Positions 26,443 to 40,401 are shown, counted from the stretch's first letter. The stretch: 64,000 bases of DNA from Octopus sinensis (GCF_006345805.1 NC_043001.1:113832001-113896000); one strand, 5' to 3'. Numbers and translations are program-made. The notes: a model not told the origin generated them from the sequence alone.

Positions 26443-27260
26443 TCTGACCTGTGGGCTTATGTCGAACAACTGCTGTCACGTGTGGGACGAGTCGGTTTAT
26501 CAGCTGAGTCTATCGTCAATATTGTCACGCCTCCTTCCTTCAAACGGGAAGGAAGAGCTATTTTCATCATCCTTGTGGCTATGGCGAAATAATGTATCTG
26601 GTGGACGCGTCTGAAAGGATTGGAGACAAACACTTTCCTCTCTGGTCAATCTCTCATCAACTTCTTCAAGTACCACTTGAAAAGGAAAGTGAGAGTAGAG
26701 AGGCAAGTTTTGTCTAGCGAATGTTTTAAAAAAAGATGGGTGAATGTAGCAAGGATGGCACGTATGAATGACGAAGCCACCTTGAGCATAATCCTATGAA
26801 CCCAGAAATTGAAAACAGAGGGTTACCCACTTGCAAACAAATGTGGTAACATATAACAATATTGACCAAGGTTACCGTGGTCTTTTTCGTAGGCTTTTCT
26901 TCCCACGGATAAACCTTACTTGCTTTCCCCTTTACACCATATATCATAACACTGTGATACACGATCCCTATTGATCGTTCTTTTTTTTCCTCTTCCCCTT
27001 TTTTCTTCTTTTTTCATTTCTCTTTCCTTTTGTTCCTTTTCCTTTTCTTTTTTTCTTTTTATTCTTTTTATTTTATTCAATTTTTGTTTGTTTTTTTTTG
27101 TTTTTGTTCTTTTCTTCCCTTTTACGATCCCTCTTGATCGAAAACCTACGCCACCCCTTTTTTTCTTTTGTTTTTTGTTCTCTTCATCCCCCAAAAGAAG
27201 AGCTCTACCTTGTAACTTGTCCCATCTGTGTGCAGCCCTGTGTGGCCAATAAAGAAACTT
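26443..27260 (+). mobile_element. 5'-truncated Tx1/L1-like LINE 3' end (ORF2 C-terminus plus 3' UTR)
   Basis: Translation SDLWAYVEQLL...ILVAMAK*CIWWTRLKG...NFFKYHLKRKVRVERQVLSSECFKKRW...IIL* fits the AKxxIWxxR motif and C-terminus of L1/Tx1 ORF2. The 3' UTR has T-rich tracts and AATAAA just before the end. A second copy lies at 46413-46985. Confidence 0.7.
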
Positions 27261-27544
27261 ATCTATCTATCTATCTATCTGTCTGTCTATCTGTCTGTAT
27301 GTCTGTCTGTCTGTATGTATGTATGTATGTATGTATGTATGTATGTATGTATGTATATACAGAAAATAACATACGGTCCCTTTGTAACAGAATGGAAGGC
27401 CAACTAAAAGATAAAAAAAACAAGCAACGTGAGTTAAAGAGATAGTACGTATACAGACGTTTTGATTCTCTGTAATGGTAATAACAAATTCTTCTTTCTA
27501 GTAACTACGAAATTATATGACCATATACAAACGCTTATACTCAC

Positions 27545-27852
27545 AATGTATTTGTTGTTTGTTCCTTCTCGAGCCACGCCTGGCCCATAAGGGCCGGTTT
27601 CCCGGTTTCCTTGGCGTATAGGTTCCCATCTGGAAGGGATGCGGGTCCGTCGCAGGTGAGCTGCAAGATGCAGGAGGAAAGAGTGAGAGAAAGTGTGGCC
27701 AAAGAGTCAGCAGAAGTTCGCCATTACCTTCTGCCGGAGCCGCATGGAGCTTAGGTGTTTCGCTCATAAACACGCACATCGACCGGTCTGAGATTCGAAC
27801 CCGAGATCCCTCGACCGCGATTCCGCTGCTCTAACCACTAGGCCATGTATCT
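27545..27852 (-). mobile_element. tRNA-derived SINE (family C)
   Basis: Minus-strand head ATGGCCTAGTGGTTAGAGCAGCGG...GGGTTCGAATCTCAGACC, homologous to 37200-37410. Confidence 0.85.
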
Positions 27853-28811
27853 CTACCACATTGTATTTACCAACTAATAAACATGCAGTAGGTCGCTCAG
27901 TTTTTCTGGAAACTGCAGCCAGCTCTTCCCCAGATCACATCATGACGTCTTCAAAGACGGTCATATAAATTATCATAGGTCGGGGTTCCCAATGCATGAA
28001 AAAGAAAGATGGGTGAGTCTTGGTTGAGATGTAAATCATCGATTAAAGGTTCTGATTGATCAGTGCATACATGGGCTAACAGCAACATCAGCAACAAGGT
28101 TGATAAGAACGATAAAAACTATAACCACAACAACAATGAAAACAACAGCATTAACTCCTCATGTTGAAAGAAACCAAGAAAACAGGTGCAGCAAGGATAA
28201 GTGGATTGGCAGAATCGGTAGGGCAGCAGACAAAAATGGGTTGCAGTATTTGTCTTGCGTGTTTACATTCTGAGTTCAAATTTCAGCGAAGTTGACTTTG
28301 ACCTCTGTCCTTCATCTGTACGCTATCGATAAAAGAAGCAACAGACAAATTCTAAAGTACCACTTCCACCTTCCCTAAATCACTGGCCTTCTGCCTAAAC
28401 TACAAATAAATGAACGTAAGATATCTATTACATGCGTTTTTAACTATATGTGTGAATGTGTATGTGTTATGTATGTGTATGCGTTAGTATGATATTTTTG
28501 GCTGTATATGTGTGTGTCGGTGAGTGTCTTTGTGTCCCTCGGTGTGTGTTTGTGCACCCATACACAAAATCATTATTGACACAATAATATATAAATTATC
28601 ATCCTCCATATTTTCATACACACCTCTTTTTACATCTCCTCATACTACATAGATATACGTATTGAATATAATATATGCTTGAGCATGTATGTGTGTGTCT
28701 GTGTCGACGTTTTTATTCCTTTGTTTGTTTGTGTTTATGAGTTTGCTTGTGTGTCTGATTGTTTGTATGTGTGTGATTGTTTGTGTGTGTGTGTGTGCGT
28801 GTGTGTGTGTG

Positions 28812-28845
<34 letters not shown>

Positions 28846-29135
28846 GTGTGTTGGTGTATGTTCCGAGATAAGTGAACTTGAGCCTAATACCGAGGAAACC
28901 ATGAACTTAACTTTTTAAGTTGTATTTTTATACGTGTATCAGAATTTTGTTGATTATGGAAAAAGAAATAATACCTAACAAAGACATCATACTATGGATT
29001 TTGGAGTGAGGAAACAGACAGTTGTATTGGCTATAGAACGTTATATCATCAGCTCAGAAAAGATAGAGGATACAGCTTAAAGATCTCTATCCATATTGTG
29101 TGAATAATCAACCGCTCTGAAACTAAGAAATTCAT

Positions 29136-29555
29136 ATAGGCGCAGGAGTGGCTGTGTGGTAAGAAGCTTGCTAACCAACCACATGGTTCCGGGTTCAGTC
29201 CCACTGCGTTGCTTCTTGGGTAAGTGTCTTCTGCTATAGCCCCGGGCCGACCAATGCCTTGTGAGCGGATTTGGTAGACGGAAACTGAAAGAAGCCTGTC
29301 GTATATATGTATATATGTATGTATGTGTATGTGTGTTTGTGTGTGTGTGTTTGTCCCCCTAGCATTGCTTGACAACCGATGCTGGTGTGTTTACGTCCCC
29401 GTCACTTAGCGGTTCGGCAAAAGAGACCGATAGAATAAGTACTGGGCTTACAAAGAATAAGTCCCGGGGTCGATTTGCTCGACTAAAGGCGGTGCTCCAG
29501 CATGGCCGCAGTCAAATGACTGAAACAAGTAAAAGAGTAAAAGAGTAAAAGAGTA
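29136..29555 (+). mobile_element. SINE family A, full length
   Basis: Complete head, CORE-like box and (GTAAAAGA)n tail. Confidence 0.92.
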
Positions 29556-30539
29556 ATAGTAATTGAAAAAGCGAGTCGAATCTAAGGAATTGGTTGAAGC
29601 AGGCTCTAGTCATGCGTGATTCTAAAGGCCATATCTGAAAGATCAGAAGAGATATTCAATGAATAGGGAATAAAAAGGAAACGAAGTATTACACAATATA
29701 TATATATATTGTTGAGTTTAGATTCACTTCAGCTCGGACAACCTGACATTGGATGAAGCCGTTTATTCATTCCATCCGTCTAATTCAATCAGAACAGTTT
29801 CCCAAATCACGTCGTTTTTCTCGAACTATTTTATCCAATCGGTCCTGTTTTTTTGGATCATGAGGTTATTTACAGTAGATCAAACGACCATGCATAAAAG
29901 CTCCCTCGTTGTATCATGAAGCAATATGCCTAACTCCACACAAAGGAATTCCAGCTATTATCATTGCGACCTTTTAGGGTAAGAAGACTTAAACTATGAA
30001 ATGCAGTGGTCCTTAACTTGGACAGCAGTAAACTTATGGAGAGTTGTAACCTCAAATATCAGCAAATATGAATAGAAAACGTTAGGGGCATTGAGTGTTT
30101 AGAGATATGATTTTTTTTTATTCACATAATATATTTGAGCCATGTAGAATAGCTAAAAAATTTTAAGCCAGATCTTATAGAAAAAAATTATATTTTGAAG
30201 ACATTTTTCAAATAAACTTTGCCAGAATTAAAATATAATGAGAACATTGTGTTATTTGTGAGTACAAACCTAATTTCCTTCTTATATAAGTGATCACCTT
30301 CAAATGATTTCCATAAGAATTTAACATAGCTAACATTAGTTCACTTGCACACGCAAACATTTAAAAAGCCCCAAATTGACGGGATACAAATATGCAGGGT
30401 GGGTGAAAAGTAAGAAGGCATCAAAAATTGGTAATAAAACCCATATTCCTTCTACAAATTTATTGAAACAAATGATACATGTTCTTTATTACATGGGAAA
30501 ATGGAAGTAAATCTTCATTTTTCAACTTAAGCTCTGGTG

Positions 30540-31573
30540 GCATCAACCAGTTTCTTCAAACGGCCAGAGATGGAATGAACAACATCCTGAAGGATGTCAT
30601 CTGAAATATCATTGGGAATCTCTAATTCGTGTCAACAAGTCCTCCAGTGTGCGAGGTTTTGTCTTGTACACTTCCTCTTTTGTGTAACCCCATAGGTAAA
30701 AAATTACGTAGATTAAGGTCTGAAATTCCTGGAGGCCATTTGTGAGTTCCGCGTCATCCCATCTAAAGTCCTGGAAAATTTTGGTCTAACCATGCACGCA
30801 CAGTAAGAGTAAAATGGGGTGGTGCACTATCCTGCATTAATATCAGGTCACCAATGCTATCTCAGCCAGACACCGTCGGCCACAAATAGTTTTCGAGCAT
30901 CTGCAGATAGCGGTCCGTATTCACGATGTCACGCAGAAGCTATGGACCGACGACTCTTGTTGCCGTCATTCCGCACCACACGATCACTTTTGGTGGCGCT
31001 TGCATCCTCTCAACCGTCATGTTCGTATCCTCACCATACGATGCCCAGTAATGGCAGTTGTGACGATTGATGAAAGCACCAACATGGAATACAGCCTCGT
31101 CACTCCAGAGGATGTTTTCAAACAATTCAGGCCAATATTCATGCCAGCTTAGCCTTAATCCTCCGTATTCCATTCTGTGGTAACAGTCTTCAGGTTTTAA
31201 CTCCAGCACGAAATGAGATTTCCACGGACGAAAATTCAATTCTTTATGCAATACCGTACGTATTTCATGTCTTGTTACTACACTTTCACGAGCTGCTAGC
31301 TATGTTGATTTTTGCGGGCTGTGATTAAACATTTCCGGCACTGTTGTCACGTTCCCCGCTGATGGAGATGTGGTTGAGGCCACTTCTTCTTGTATCGTTT
31401 ACAGCGCCCGTGGTCATCAGCTTTGCATGACAACTTTTTATTTTCTCTGCATGTATTGTTGCTTGCTTACCTTTCCATGCACGCCACCATCTCTGAACCA
31501 AAACAATGGAATTCCACACTTCATAGCTTACTGCTATCTTAGTTCGTTCCTGAACAGTCAAGCGACCGACCAT
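30540..31573 (-). pseudogene. DD41D transposase pseudogene
   Basis: MVGRLTVQERTKIA..., ILWSDEAVFH..INRHNCHYW, VWCGM..VVGP, then MQDSAPPHF..WLDQNFPG..G..WPPGISDLNLRNF..LWGY. There are 41 residues between the second D and the third catalytic position, which is N here. In-frame stops and frameshifts are present. Confidence 0.85.
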
Positions 31574-31627
31574 CTGGTAAACAAGAAGTAAGAAATAAGA
31601 CAATAAGAAATTTTTTTAAAATCCCAT

Positions 31628-32038
31628 TAGGCGCAGGAGTGGCTGTGTGGTAAGTAGCGTGTTTACCAACCACATGGTTCCGGGTTCAGTCCCACTGCGT
31701 GGCACCTTGGGCAAGTGTCTTCTCCTATAGCCTCGGGCCGACCAAAGCCTTGTGAGTGGATTTGGTAGGCGGAAACTGAAAGAAGCCTGTCGTATACATG
31801 TATATATATATGCGTGTGTATGTTTGTGTGTCTGTGTTTGTCCCCCTAGCATTGCTTGACAACCAATGCTGGTGTGTTTATGTCTCCGTTACTTAGCGGT
31901 TCAGCAAAGAGACCGATAGAATAAGTACTGGGCTTACAAAAGAATAAGTCCCGGGGTCGATTTGCTCGATTAAAGGCGGTGCTCCAGCATGGCCGCAGTC
32001 AATGACTGAAACAAGTAAAAAGAAAAAGAAAAGAAAAA
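31628..32038 (+). mobile_element. SINE family A nested in the DD41D transposon
   Basis: Full-length copy lying between the transposase start and the right TIR. Confidence 0.92.
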
Positions 32039-33466
32039 GTGTTGTCTGATTAAAACTGCTTTCGTCATGACTTCAGCGATATTAAATATTTTGTAAGCAA
32101 TTTCTAATGCCTAGTTACTTTCTAACCACTCTGTAGATAAAAATGAATGCACAGATTTACCTTTTGGTTGATTAAAATGATGTTTTTTGTTGTTAGCAAA
32201 ACGTTGGAAGAAACAATTTGCAAAATACCATTCAATGAAAAGGATCAATAAGCAATAAAGGTAGAACATTATTGATTTAATGTGACCTTTCCTTCTTTTA
32301 AAGGCAGTAACGTATGATATTAGAAGATATAGCAGTTATTTCTGGCACGTCAGAATACTAAACCCTACTTCTTTCGATTGAATCGTAAGTCACGGTTTAA
32401 TCTGCAGTTTTCCTATTCCAACAGACCCTTTATAGTGTAACGAAAATGCTAAGAGATTTGAATGTATTTGTAGGTTATAATTCCAACAAGTAAAATGTTT
32501 CCTGGAAATTATGTGGTTTTAGTTCCTTTTATTTTACATTAATTTTATTTTTGTTTCAGTCTTTTTACATATATTTATCTGGTATTTACAACCTGTGGCT
32601 TTTATTTTCTCTGTTTAGTTAGTAAACTATCCCTTAATTAAAATAAATTACTTCCGATTTGGCTTGATATTTAAAACGAAAACTACGCAAGGAGCAAAAG
32701 TCAGCAATTGTGAGCAATTTACTGTGCACACCTCGTCTACCACATGCTCTCTATGTCCTCGTGTTTATTCGAGGAAGTTTATACCTTCTCTCTTTCTCTC
32801 TCTCTTTCTCTCTCACTTCTCTTTCACTTCCTTATTGTCCACTCCCCTTTCCACCACGTTTCTCTGGGTCATTTTCTCATTTTCTATATTCAATTTCTCA
32901 CAAAGAGCGCTCATTCATACAGACAAAATTATTTTCCCAGCAATGTTAAAGACGCTAATAATAAAATCTGCTAAAAGGACACAAAAATTAAACGGTAACA
33001 CCGGATCAGCCATTTAATATAAGTACATACACTAGACGTTCATATATACATATACACCGATTCTCGTTGACACAACATACTTATAGACTGCTAGAGCTAT
33101 ACATACACTGGTGCGCTCATGCAAAATGTAATACGAATATTTCTAGACACACTGGGATAATATATCAATATACACTTAACACAAGTACGTTAATGCACAA
33201 ATGTATATACACACAACACAAGCACCTCAATGCACGTATGTATATAAACCCAACACAAGAGCATCGACAAATGATGGTATATATACTTAACACAAGTATA
33301 TGAACACACAAATGTATATACACACAACAGAAGCACGTTATACACAAAGCAAGTGAATTAAACACAAATATATACACACAATACAAGTGCATCAACACAC
33401 AAATGTATATATGCACGCTATACCCCCGGATTAACACGCAAATATATATATACACAAAACAAGCAT

Positions 33467-33672
33467 ATTCTTTTCTTTTCTACTCTAGGCACAAGGCCAG
33501 AAAGTTTGTGGAAGGAGGCCAGTCGATTAGATCGACCACAGTACGCAACTGGTACTTAATTTATCGTCCTCGAAAGGATGAAAGGCAAAGTCGTCCTCGG
33601 CGGAATTTGAACTCAGATCGTAAAGACAGACAAAATACCGCTAGGCATTTAGTACATGCAACATCAGCAGAG
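33467..33672 (-). mobile_element. SINE family D
   Basis: Minus strand contains B-box GAGTTCAAATTCC and central GCCTTTCATCCTTTCG..CGATAAATTAAGTACCAG. Confidence 0.8.
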
Positions 33673-34161
33673 TAATATGCAAAGTGTGTGTGTGTGTGTG
33701 TGTGTGTGCGTGTGTGTGTGTGTGTGGATGTGTGTGTGTGTGTGTGTGAGTGTGTGCGTGTGTGTGTGTGTGCGTGTGTGTGTGTTCGTGGGTGCAATAG
33801 AAACAATTCATTATACGTTAATTTATTCTAGTTTCATCATTCAGTGCATAATCTGACATTCATTAGAGTTAGGTTGCTTAGTTCACGAGATTTTTAAGTG
33901 TTAATATTGAAAACTTTCGTTATAGCATAATAAGAAAAGACAGGATGGATCAGAAATCTTAAGGGATGAAAACAAATTATTTGCCTTTGAATGCACATAA
34001 AACCTTTTTAAATACTCATAAATAGTAATGGGATAACAGGCAGAAAATATGCAAAGAAAAAATTGAATTCGAAATAAAATAAGGGGATAAAGAAATATAC
34101 CGGTTTCAAAGAAGAAAGACCAGGAGAAAAGTGGAAAAACAGAATCAAAACGAAGGTGCAA

Positions 34162-34216
<55 letters not shown>

Positions 34217-34248
34217 ATATATATATATATCTATCTATCCATATATTA

Positions 34249-34543
34249 CTACGGCACTCCGTCGGTTACGACGACGAGGGTTCCAGTTGATACAATCAAC
34301 GGAACATCCTGCTCGTGAGATTAACTAACGTAGTTCTTGTTGAGATTCAGCATGCCACAGTGTGTGACAATACAGGTACAACAGAAACAGGAGGACAGAG
34401 TGAGAGAAAGTTGTGGTGAAAGAGTACAGCAGCGCTCGCCACCCGTCCCTGCCTTATGAGCCTATAAGTGTTTTCGCCCAATAAACACTCACAATGCTCA
34501 GTCTGGAATCGAAACCGCCATATTATGAACGCGAGTCCACTGC

Positions 34544-34545
<2 letters not shown>
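34249..34545 (-). mobile_element. Diverged SINE family B
   Basis: GCACTCCGTCGGTTACGACGACGAGGGTTCC...GAGAGAAAGTTGTGGTGAAAGAGTACAGC, with internal deletions. Confidence 0.8.
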
Positions 34546-34598
<53 letters not shown>

Positions 34599-34799
34599 AT
34601 ATATATATATATATATATATATCACCACTCCGCACACACCAGCACTTACCACTTCTCAACACCCATACCATCATCTACACACCCACACATTACAGAGGCA
34701 CACACATATCAACAGGTCAAAGTTACCAGCCCGTATCCATCCGCACACACTCTGACATGCATACACAATCGCGCTCCTGTGTTTTGGGATCACCAATAC

Positions 34800-35517
34800 T
34801 TTATTAGCTCCCCTTCTTGCACCAAGTAGGGTTGGATCAACCTGTGGTCCGGCCTATAGTTGTTAAGTATCACATAGGATATTCTAGTTTTGTACACAGA
34901 GAAAAATCAGCCCTTTGAGTATTTAGCTGCTAGGGGCTGATCTAAAGCAAGCGTTACCTTCAATTCTACGTAAATCCCCTTGGCGTATTATAATCAAATG
35001 AATAATAACAGGCGATGGATAATTGTCATATATTGTCATATACAGGTTAGAGTCGCTATCTTCTGACCATTTTAAATATGATTGGGGCATATTAGAGTGT
35101 ATCCAAAGCAGATTTGAACTGGTAAGATATATATAATTGTTAATCACCAAATGAAAGTAGCTGTTCCAAGTTACTACTAGTTCAACTGCAGACTGATCTC
35201 CACCCAGTTAGTTATCGGTGTGGTGCTGCACCCTGTATATACAATATACTTTCCTAGGAAAGGGTGCGAATCCCTGCCATTCTCTAGTAGACAGCAGGAT
35301 CGTGAGACTGACTCAGTTTCGAGTTGGTTATGTGTAGCTGGTCGCCAGAATGATAGCCAGTGTCTGATCCAACCAGCAATATATTGTAAACAAATCGGTC
35401 ACTGATAAGCAACAAGCAAAATAGGTAGTGGTAAAATCTCAAGAAGAAATCAGGGTGGCGATTAATTTTACTTGGTAATATAGTTACTACTCTGAGCTCA
35501 CCTTGAGATCTTACAGC
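34800..35517. mobile_element. Unclassified interspersed element ending in a (TA)n tract
   Basis: Balanced-GC, non-coding block ending ...TTACAGC(TA)n. The left boundary is approximate. Confidence 0.3.
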
Positions 35518-35525
35518 TATATATA

Positions 35526-35571
<46 letters not shown>

Positions 35572-36227
35572 TATCCGAATTTTATAATATTAAGTAGCCA
35601 TCACTGTTGGTCTTACCAATCGGTTTCGCGCAAGAATATAATGAAGTGTTAGGTAAAGATTGAATTATATAATTACGCTAATCAGAGGTAGTCGATATGG
35701 AAGGGGACAAGGTGACTGCTCTCTATTGTCGGATGTGGATGGATTAGCACCACCCGTCGGCGGCTGCTTTGAAAAATGTGGTGAAAGTAAAAATGGGCCA
35801 AGGGATTTGGCTATGAGTTATGTCCCTTGGTTGGGTAAGTTGTGAAGACGGCAACACTTATCTTGAAGTAGAGAAAGTGTGTATTATTAATGTGGTGTCC
35901 CAGCGGTGATGGCGTGTGTGGTATGTGTTCATGTTCGTACGTGCAGGTATGCGTGCGCGTGTGTGTGTGTGTGTGTGTGTTTTCTTTCGTTTTGAAGCTG
36001 ATGATTCAGTGTATCGCTAAACATTTTTCTTCCTGTGAGAGACACTTTAGGCGAGATTTTTTGTGTATGTATTTTACTGAAAACACAACTGCCTCAATGT
36101 TTTTCATAATCCATATTCAACCCTTTACAATTTGTTTTGGATCAGTACATTTCCTAGCGCCCTCATCTATTTAATATAACTTCACAATGTTATCTCCAGC
36201 GGCTGATGTTGATGGATATTGAATGAA

Positions 36228-36616
36228 TGGAAGCACTCCGTCGGTTACGACGATGAGGGTTCCGGTTGATCCGAATCAACGGAACAGCCTGCTCGTGAAA
36301 TTAACGTGTAAGTGGCTGAGCACTCCACAGACACGTGTACCCTTAACGTAGTTCTCGGGGATATTCAGCGTGACACAGAGAGTGACAAGGCCGGCCCCTT
36401 TGAAATACAGGTACAACAGAAACAGGAAGTAAGAGTGAGAGAAAGTTGTGGTGAAAGAGTACAGCAGGGATCACCACCATCCCCTGCCGGAGCCTCGTGG
36501 AACTTTAGGTGTTTTCGCTCAATAAACACTCACAACGCCCGGTCTGGGAATCGAAACCGCGAGTCCGCTGCCCTACGAACGCGAGTCCGCTGCCCTAACC
36601 ACTGGGCCATTGTGCC
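36228..36616 (-). mobile_element. SINE family B, full length
   Basis: 12-bp TSD TTGATGGATATT at 36209-36220 and 36617-36628. It has a short internal duplication (CGCGAGTCCGCTGCCCTA) in the head. Confidence 0.92.
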
Positions 36617-37199
36617 TTGATGGATATTATGTCATTTAATAAAAAGCTGGGTCACTAGGACTGGTGTTTAGTAAATGTTTTCCTTACCATCAATCTTGTT
36701 ACATGGTAAGCTGAATCTATTTCGTTGTATTTCAGGAGTCAAGTTGTAGTTTTTGCTTCTGCAATAAATTTGTGTCAAATAAATTTTAATTTTTTATATT
36801 TTGCTGTTCTTTTAATATCTCTCCCATAATTATTTTCTATTTCTTTCACACTGACTTTCTCATGAATGTTTATATATTTATTTATTGTGTGTAGAATAGT
36901 ACAAAATTGTTTCTTCGTTGCAAGTTTTATGTGTTGTGTAAATGTTGTACACTACAATTGTTTGTCTCATAAATGTTCTCAAGAGCTCATGGGTAATTAT
37001 TGTTTACGTTCGGTCAAAGTAACAATTACAGTCGAGAAGATTACAGTTTTGCGGTGAAATGTCTAATTTACGTTGGTCATTGGCAGAACACTCAAATATT
37101 TCTATTTTATATTTATTTTGCTTTTTAAGCATTTTCTTCTTAATTTTATTTCAATGATTATTATATTTCACTTCAATAAGTGCACAGTCACACAAGTGT

Positions 37200-37410
37200 G
37201 GAGGCACATGGCCTAGTGGTTAGAGCAGCGGACTCGCGGTCGAGGGATCGTGGGTTCGAATCTCAGACCGGGCGATGTGTGAGTTTATGAGCAAAGCACC
37301 TAAGCTCCACGCGGCTCCGGCAGAAGGTAATGGCGAACTTCTGCTGACTCTTTCGCCACAACTTTCTCTCACTCTTTCCTCCTGCATCTAGCAGCTCACT
37401 TGCGACGGAC
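37200..37410 (+). mobile_element. SINE family C, 3'-truncated
   Basis: GGAGGCACATGGCCTAGTGGTTAGAGCAGCGG...GGGTTCGAATCTC. Homology to 27545-27852 stops after GCGACGGAC. Confidence 0.85.
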
Positions 37411-39145
37411 ATATGCTGTGATAGGTATCTCTTCTCCATCCTGATCTATGATAGTCCTTGTGATTTGGAAATATTGTAGAGTGGTGTGGGGCTATCATAT
37501 CATTTGTGTATTTTTCCTCTGGGTCGAACTCGACCAAACTTCGTCTTTCCCCTGGTTTTTCTGGGACGGTTGGTCAGGTCTTTCTAAAAGTATCTGAGTT
37601 GCTGTATTTTCCGTTTTTGTGGGAGCGTTTTGTGTCAGCGTTCTTTTGGCCAGGCTTCTACAAGAGTGTGCTCCCCCTCGACCACCTCTATGGTGTCATG
37701 TGGGGGAGTTGTACTTTTACTGTCAGGTGCCGTCGACGTTGAAGGGGTGGGTATTTTTGTTGTTATCGGGACTGGTGTGTGCGTGGGTTGGAGGTTTTAG
37801 AATATTTGTTTGGGGAGTTCTGTGGACACCACAGTTGGGGAACGGGTGTCTTTGCTAGTCTAGGGGCTGGTGTATGTGTGGGGTTTGGAAGTAGGTTTTG
37901 GGGTTTGTGAGGGGTCAGATGTATGTGTATTCACAGAAGTTTGAGCCTTAACATTCTCTTCCTTTTTTCCTGTTTTAAGGAAACGGTACCGTATATTCAC
38001 TTATGGGGTAAAACAAACTCGGGAAGAAGTATACATGTCACAAAAAAAAAAGAATATTAACATATATAGTGTGCCGTGGTACTGAGTGGACATGAATGCT
38101 TAAAGAGGTAAAATGCCCGGATCTATATAATCCTTATTTTCCTTCGCGCACACACGCGTGCGCGCGCACACATACGCTGACACATTCATTCATACATACA
38201 TGCATGCGTATGTAAGTAAGAAGTCGAACCAGGATTTCAGCACAACTTTTATACACGTTAATTCTTTTTTTTTTGGACGACTGTTTCTAACTACATTAAG
38301 GGGAAATGATTCCAACTGAAAAAATTCGTAACGATTGTTTTTGAAAATATCGATGATATTCTGATATCTCAACATACTAAACCTTTTTTTTAGATTACTT
38401 TATCGATAGAGTCAGCTACATGCAATATGATTTGAAACAATTGTAGTGAATATCAAAGTCGTTCTAAATTCCTTCAGCTTTTTCTGCTTATTTTTACTTA
38501 GATTTTAAGCCAGCCTTCGAAGTACTAACTCATTGGTTTTACAATTATGTGTATGTGTGTGTGTGGATGTGTGTGTGTGTGAGGATGTGTGTGTGTGTGT
38601 GTGTGTGTGTGCGTGCGTGCGTCTATACATATCATGAAAACAAGCTTGAGTTGAGTACAAGACATTTGACACGATGACGACATCTCAATTTTCGGTGCTG
38701 ATTTAGCCGACGATATAGTTGAGCAGATTATGAAATACATTATAGAAATTAGATTTCCGTAATACTTTGAAGAAACTCATTTCTTCTAACGAAAGTTATC
38801 GCTGTAGAATCCAAAAGCGAAGGTGATTATATGCTTATATACCGTAGCATATCAACTTCAGTGTTCTTACAGTTATGCTGATTCTTCGTGCTTGTGAATA
38901 AGTACAACTGTCGCAGAATATAACATTGTATATTCTATGTCGCAACACGTAATGGTAACTAGTTATGTTTTTGCTGATGCTTAGACGCTGAAAAAAATAG
39001 ACGGATGATCAAAACTATTTCAGTAGCCATCTCCGTTTCATCCTTCCGTATATCACTTGATTCACTTTTCTAATAAGACAACCAGTATTAACTACAGTAG
39101 GATGTGGACTGAGGGAGATTTATTTCCCATTTTTAACACATCACT

Positions 39146-39359
39146 CATACCATATACGCCAGCGTATAAGAAACGATTTCATATTCTTAAATGTAGCAAA
39201 AAGTTGCCATGCTTCTAATGCAACCGTATTACGGATGGGATTGCCAGTGTATGACTATACAATGGCCGTATTAACATTTTTTTTCTCCACAAAATACTCA
39301 TGTAAAATAAGGGTGCGTGTTATGCAAGATTGCGATTCATACGCTGACAAATAGCGTAG
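39146..39359. mobile_element. Possible decayed pogo-like MITE
   Basis: The ends TACCATATACGCCAGCGTATAAG and TCATACGCTGACAAATAGCGTA are imperfect inverted repeats. Subterminal AAAATAAGGGTGCGTGTTAT is present. Confidence 0.35.
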
Positions 39360-40032
39360 TTGAATGCATATCCTGAAGCATGAATATTAGGAGAAAATGA
39401 TACTGCCAAACATCTAGTCCGGCTTATAGTCTTCGGAAATAACCATTGCATCAATTCCCGAATATACAGTTTTGATTTAAGATATGTCAATTAATAAAGC
39501 CCACACGACTGTATTACTGGTAATCAAGTTCATAATAGTTGAGAAAAATTTAAAAAATTAAAGCTTCTTACAGCTGGATTTGATCCTACTATGTACATAG
39601 AAGCAATTGAATAATAGAGTAATAAGGGTCGAACGTTAGTTTATCGTTTATATCATTCGTAAATATATAACGTCTACTACATTACCAAATACATTACCAA
39701 ATAATTTCACCTACAAGTTTGCTTCAAACTACTTTCTGCATCATATTTAACAAAGGCAATTAGAACACCAATTAATCATGTTTGTCAAAGTGCTTGTCAT
39801 TCAGTATACTTCAAAGTGTCTTCAAAGTGTCTGATGGAGAACTGTACGCAGGAAATAAACAGAGCCAGGTAATGGAGTTATATTTCAACTTATACGCACG
39901 GTTGAAGATTAGACGTACAGATTAATATCACCAGTAGCCGAGATTTTGGTTGAAACGTACTTGCTGACGGAATAAGCATTAATTCAACAGTTTCGAAGAT
40001 TTCCTACAATTGTACTTATTTATAAAATTTGC

Positions 40033-40290
<258 letters not shown>

Positions 40291-40343
40291 GATTCTTTCT
40301 TTCTTTTTCTCTCTCTATCTGTATATAATATATATATAAATAT

Positions 40344-40401
<58 letters not shown>

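Larger units (their letters stand above)
30395..32133 (-). mobile_element. Tc1/mariner DD41D (rosa-type) DNA transposon, decayed
   Basis: 36-bp imperfect TIRs at 30395-30430 (CAGGGTGGGTGAAAAGTAAGAAGGCATCAAAAATTG) and 32098-32133, with TA at 32134-32135. A SINE is inserted at 31628-32038. Confidence 0.85.

Noticed and set aside
39806-39868. Plus-strand candidate exon encoding FKVSDGEL with a CAG|GTAATG donor
   Set aside because: The cadherin-like motif is only a few residues long, and no neighbouring exons support it.
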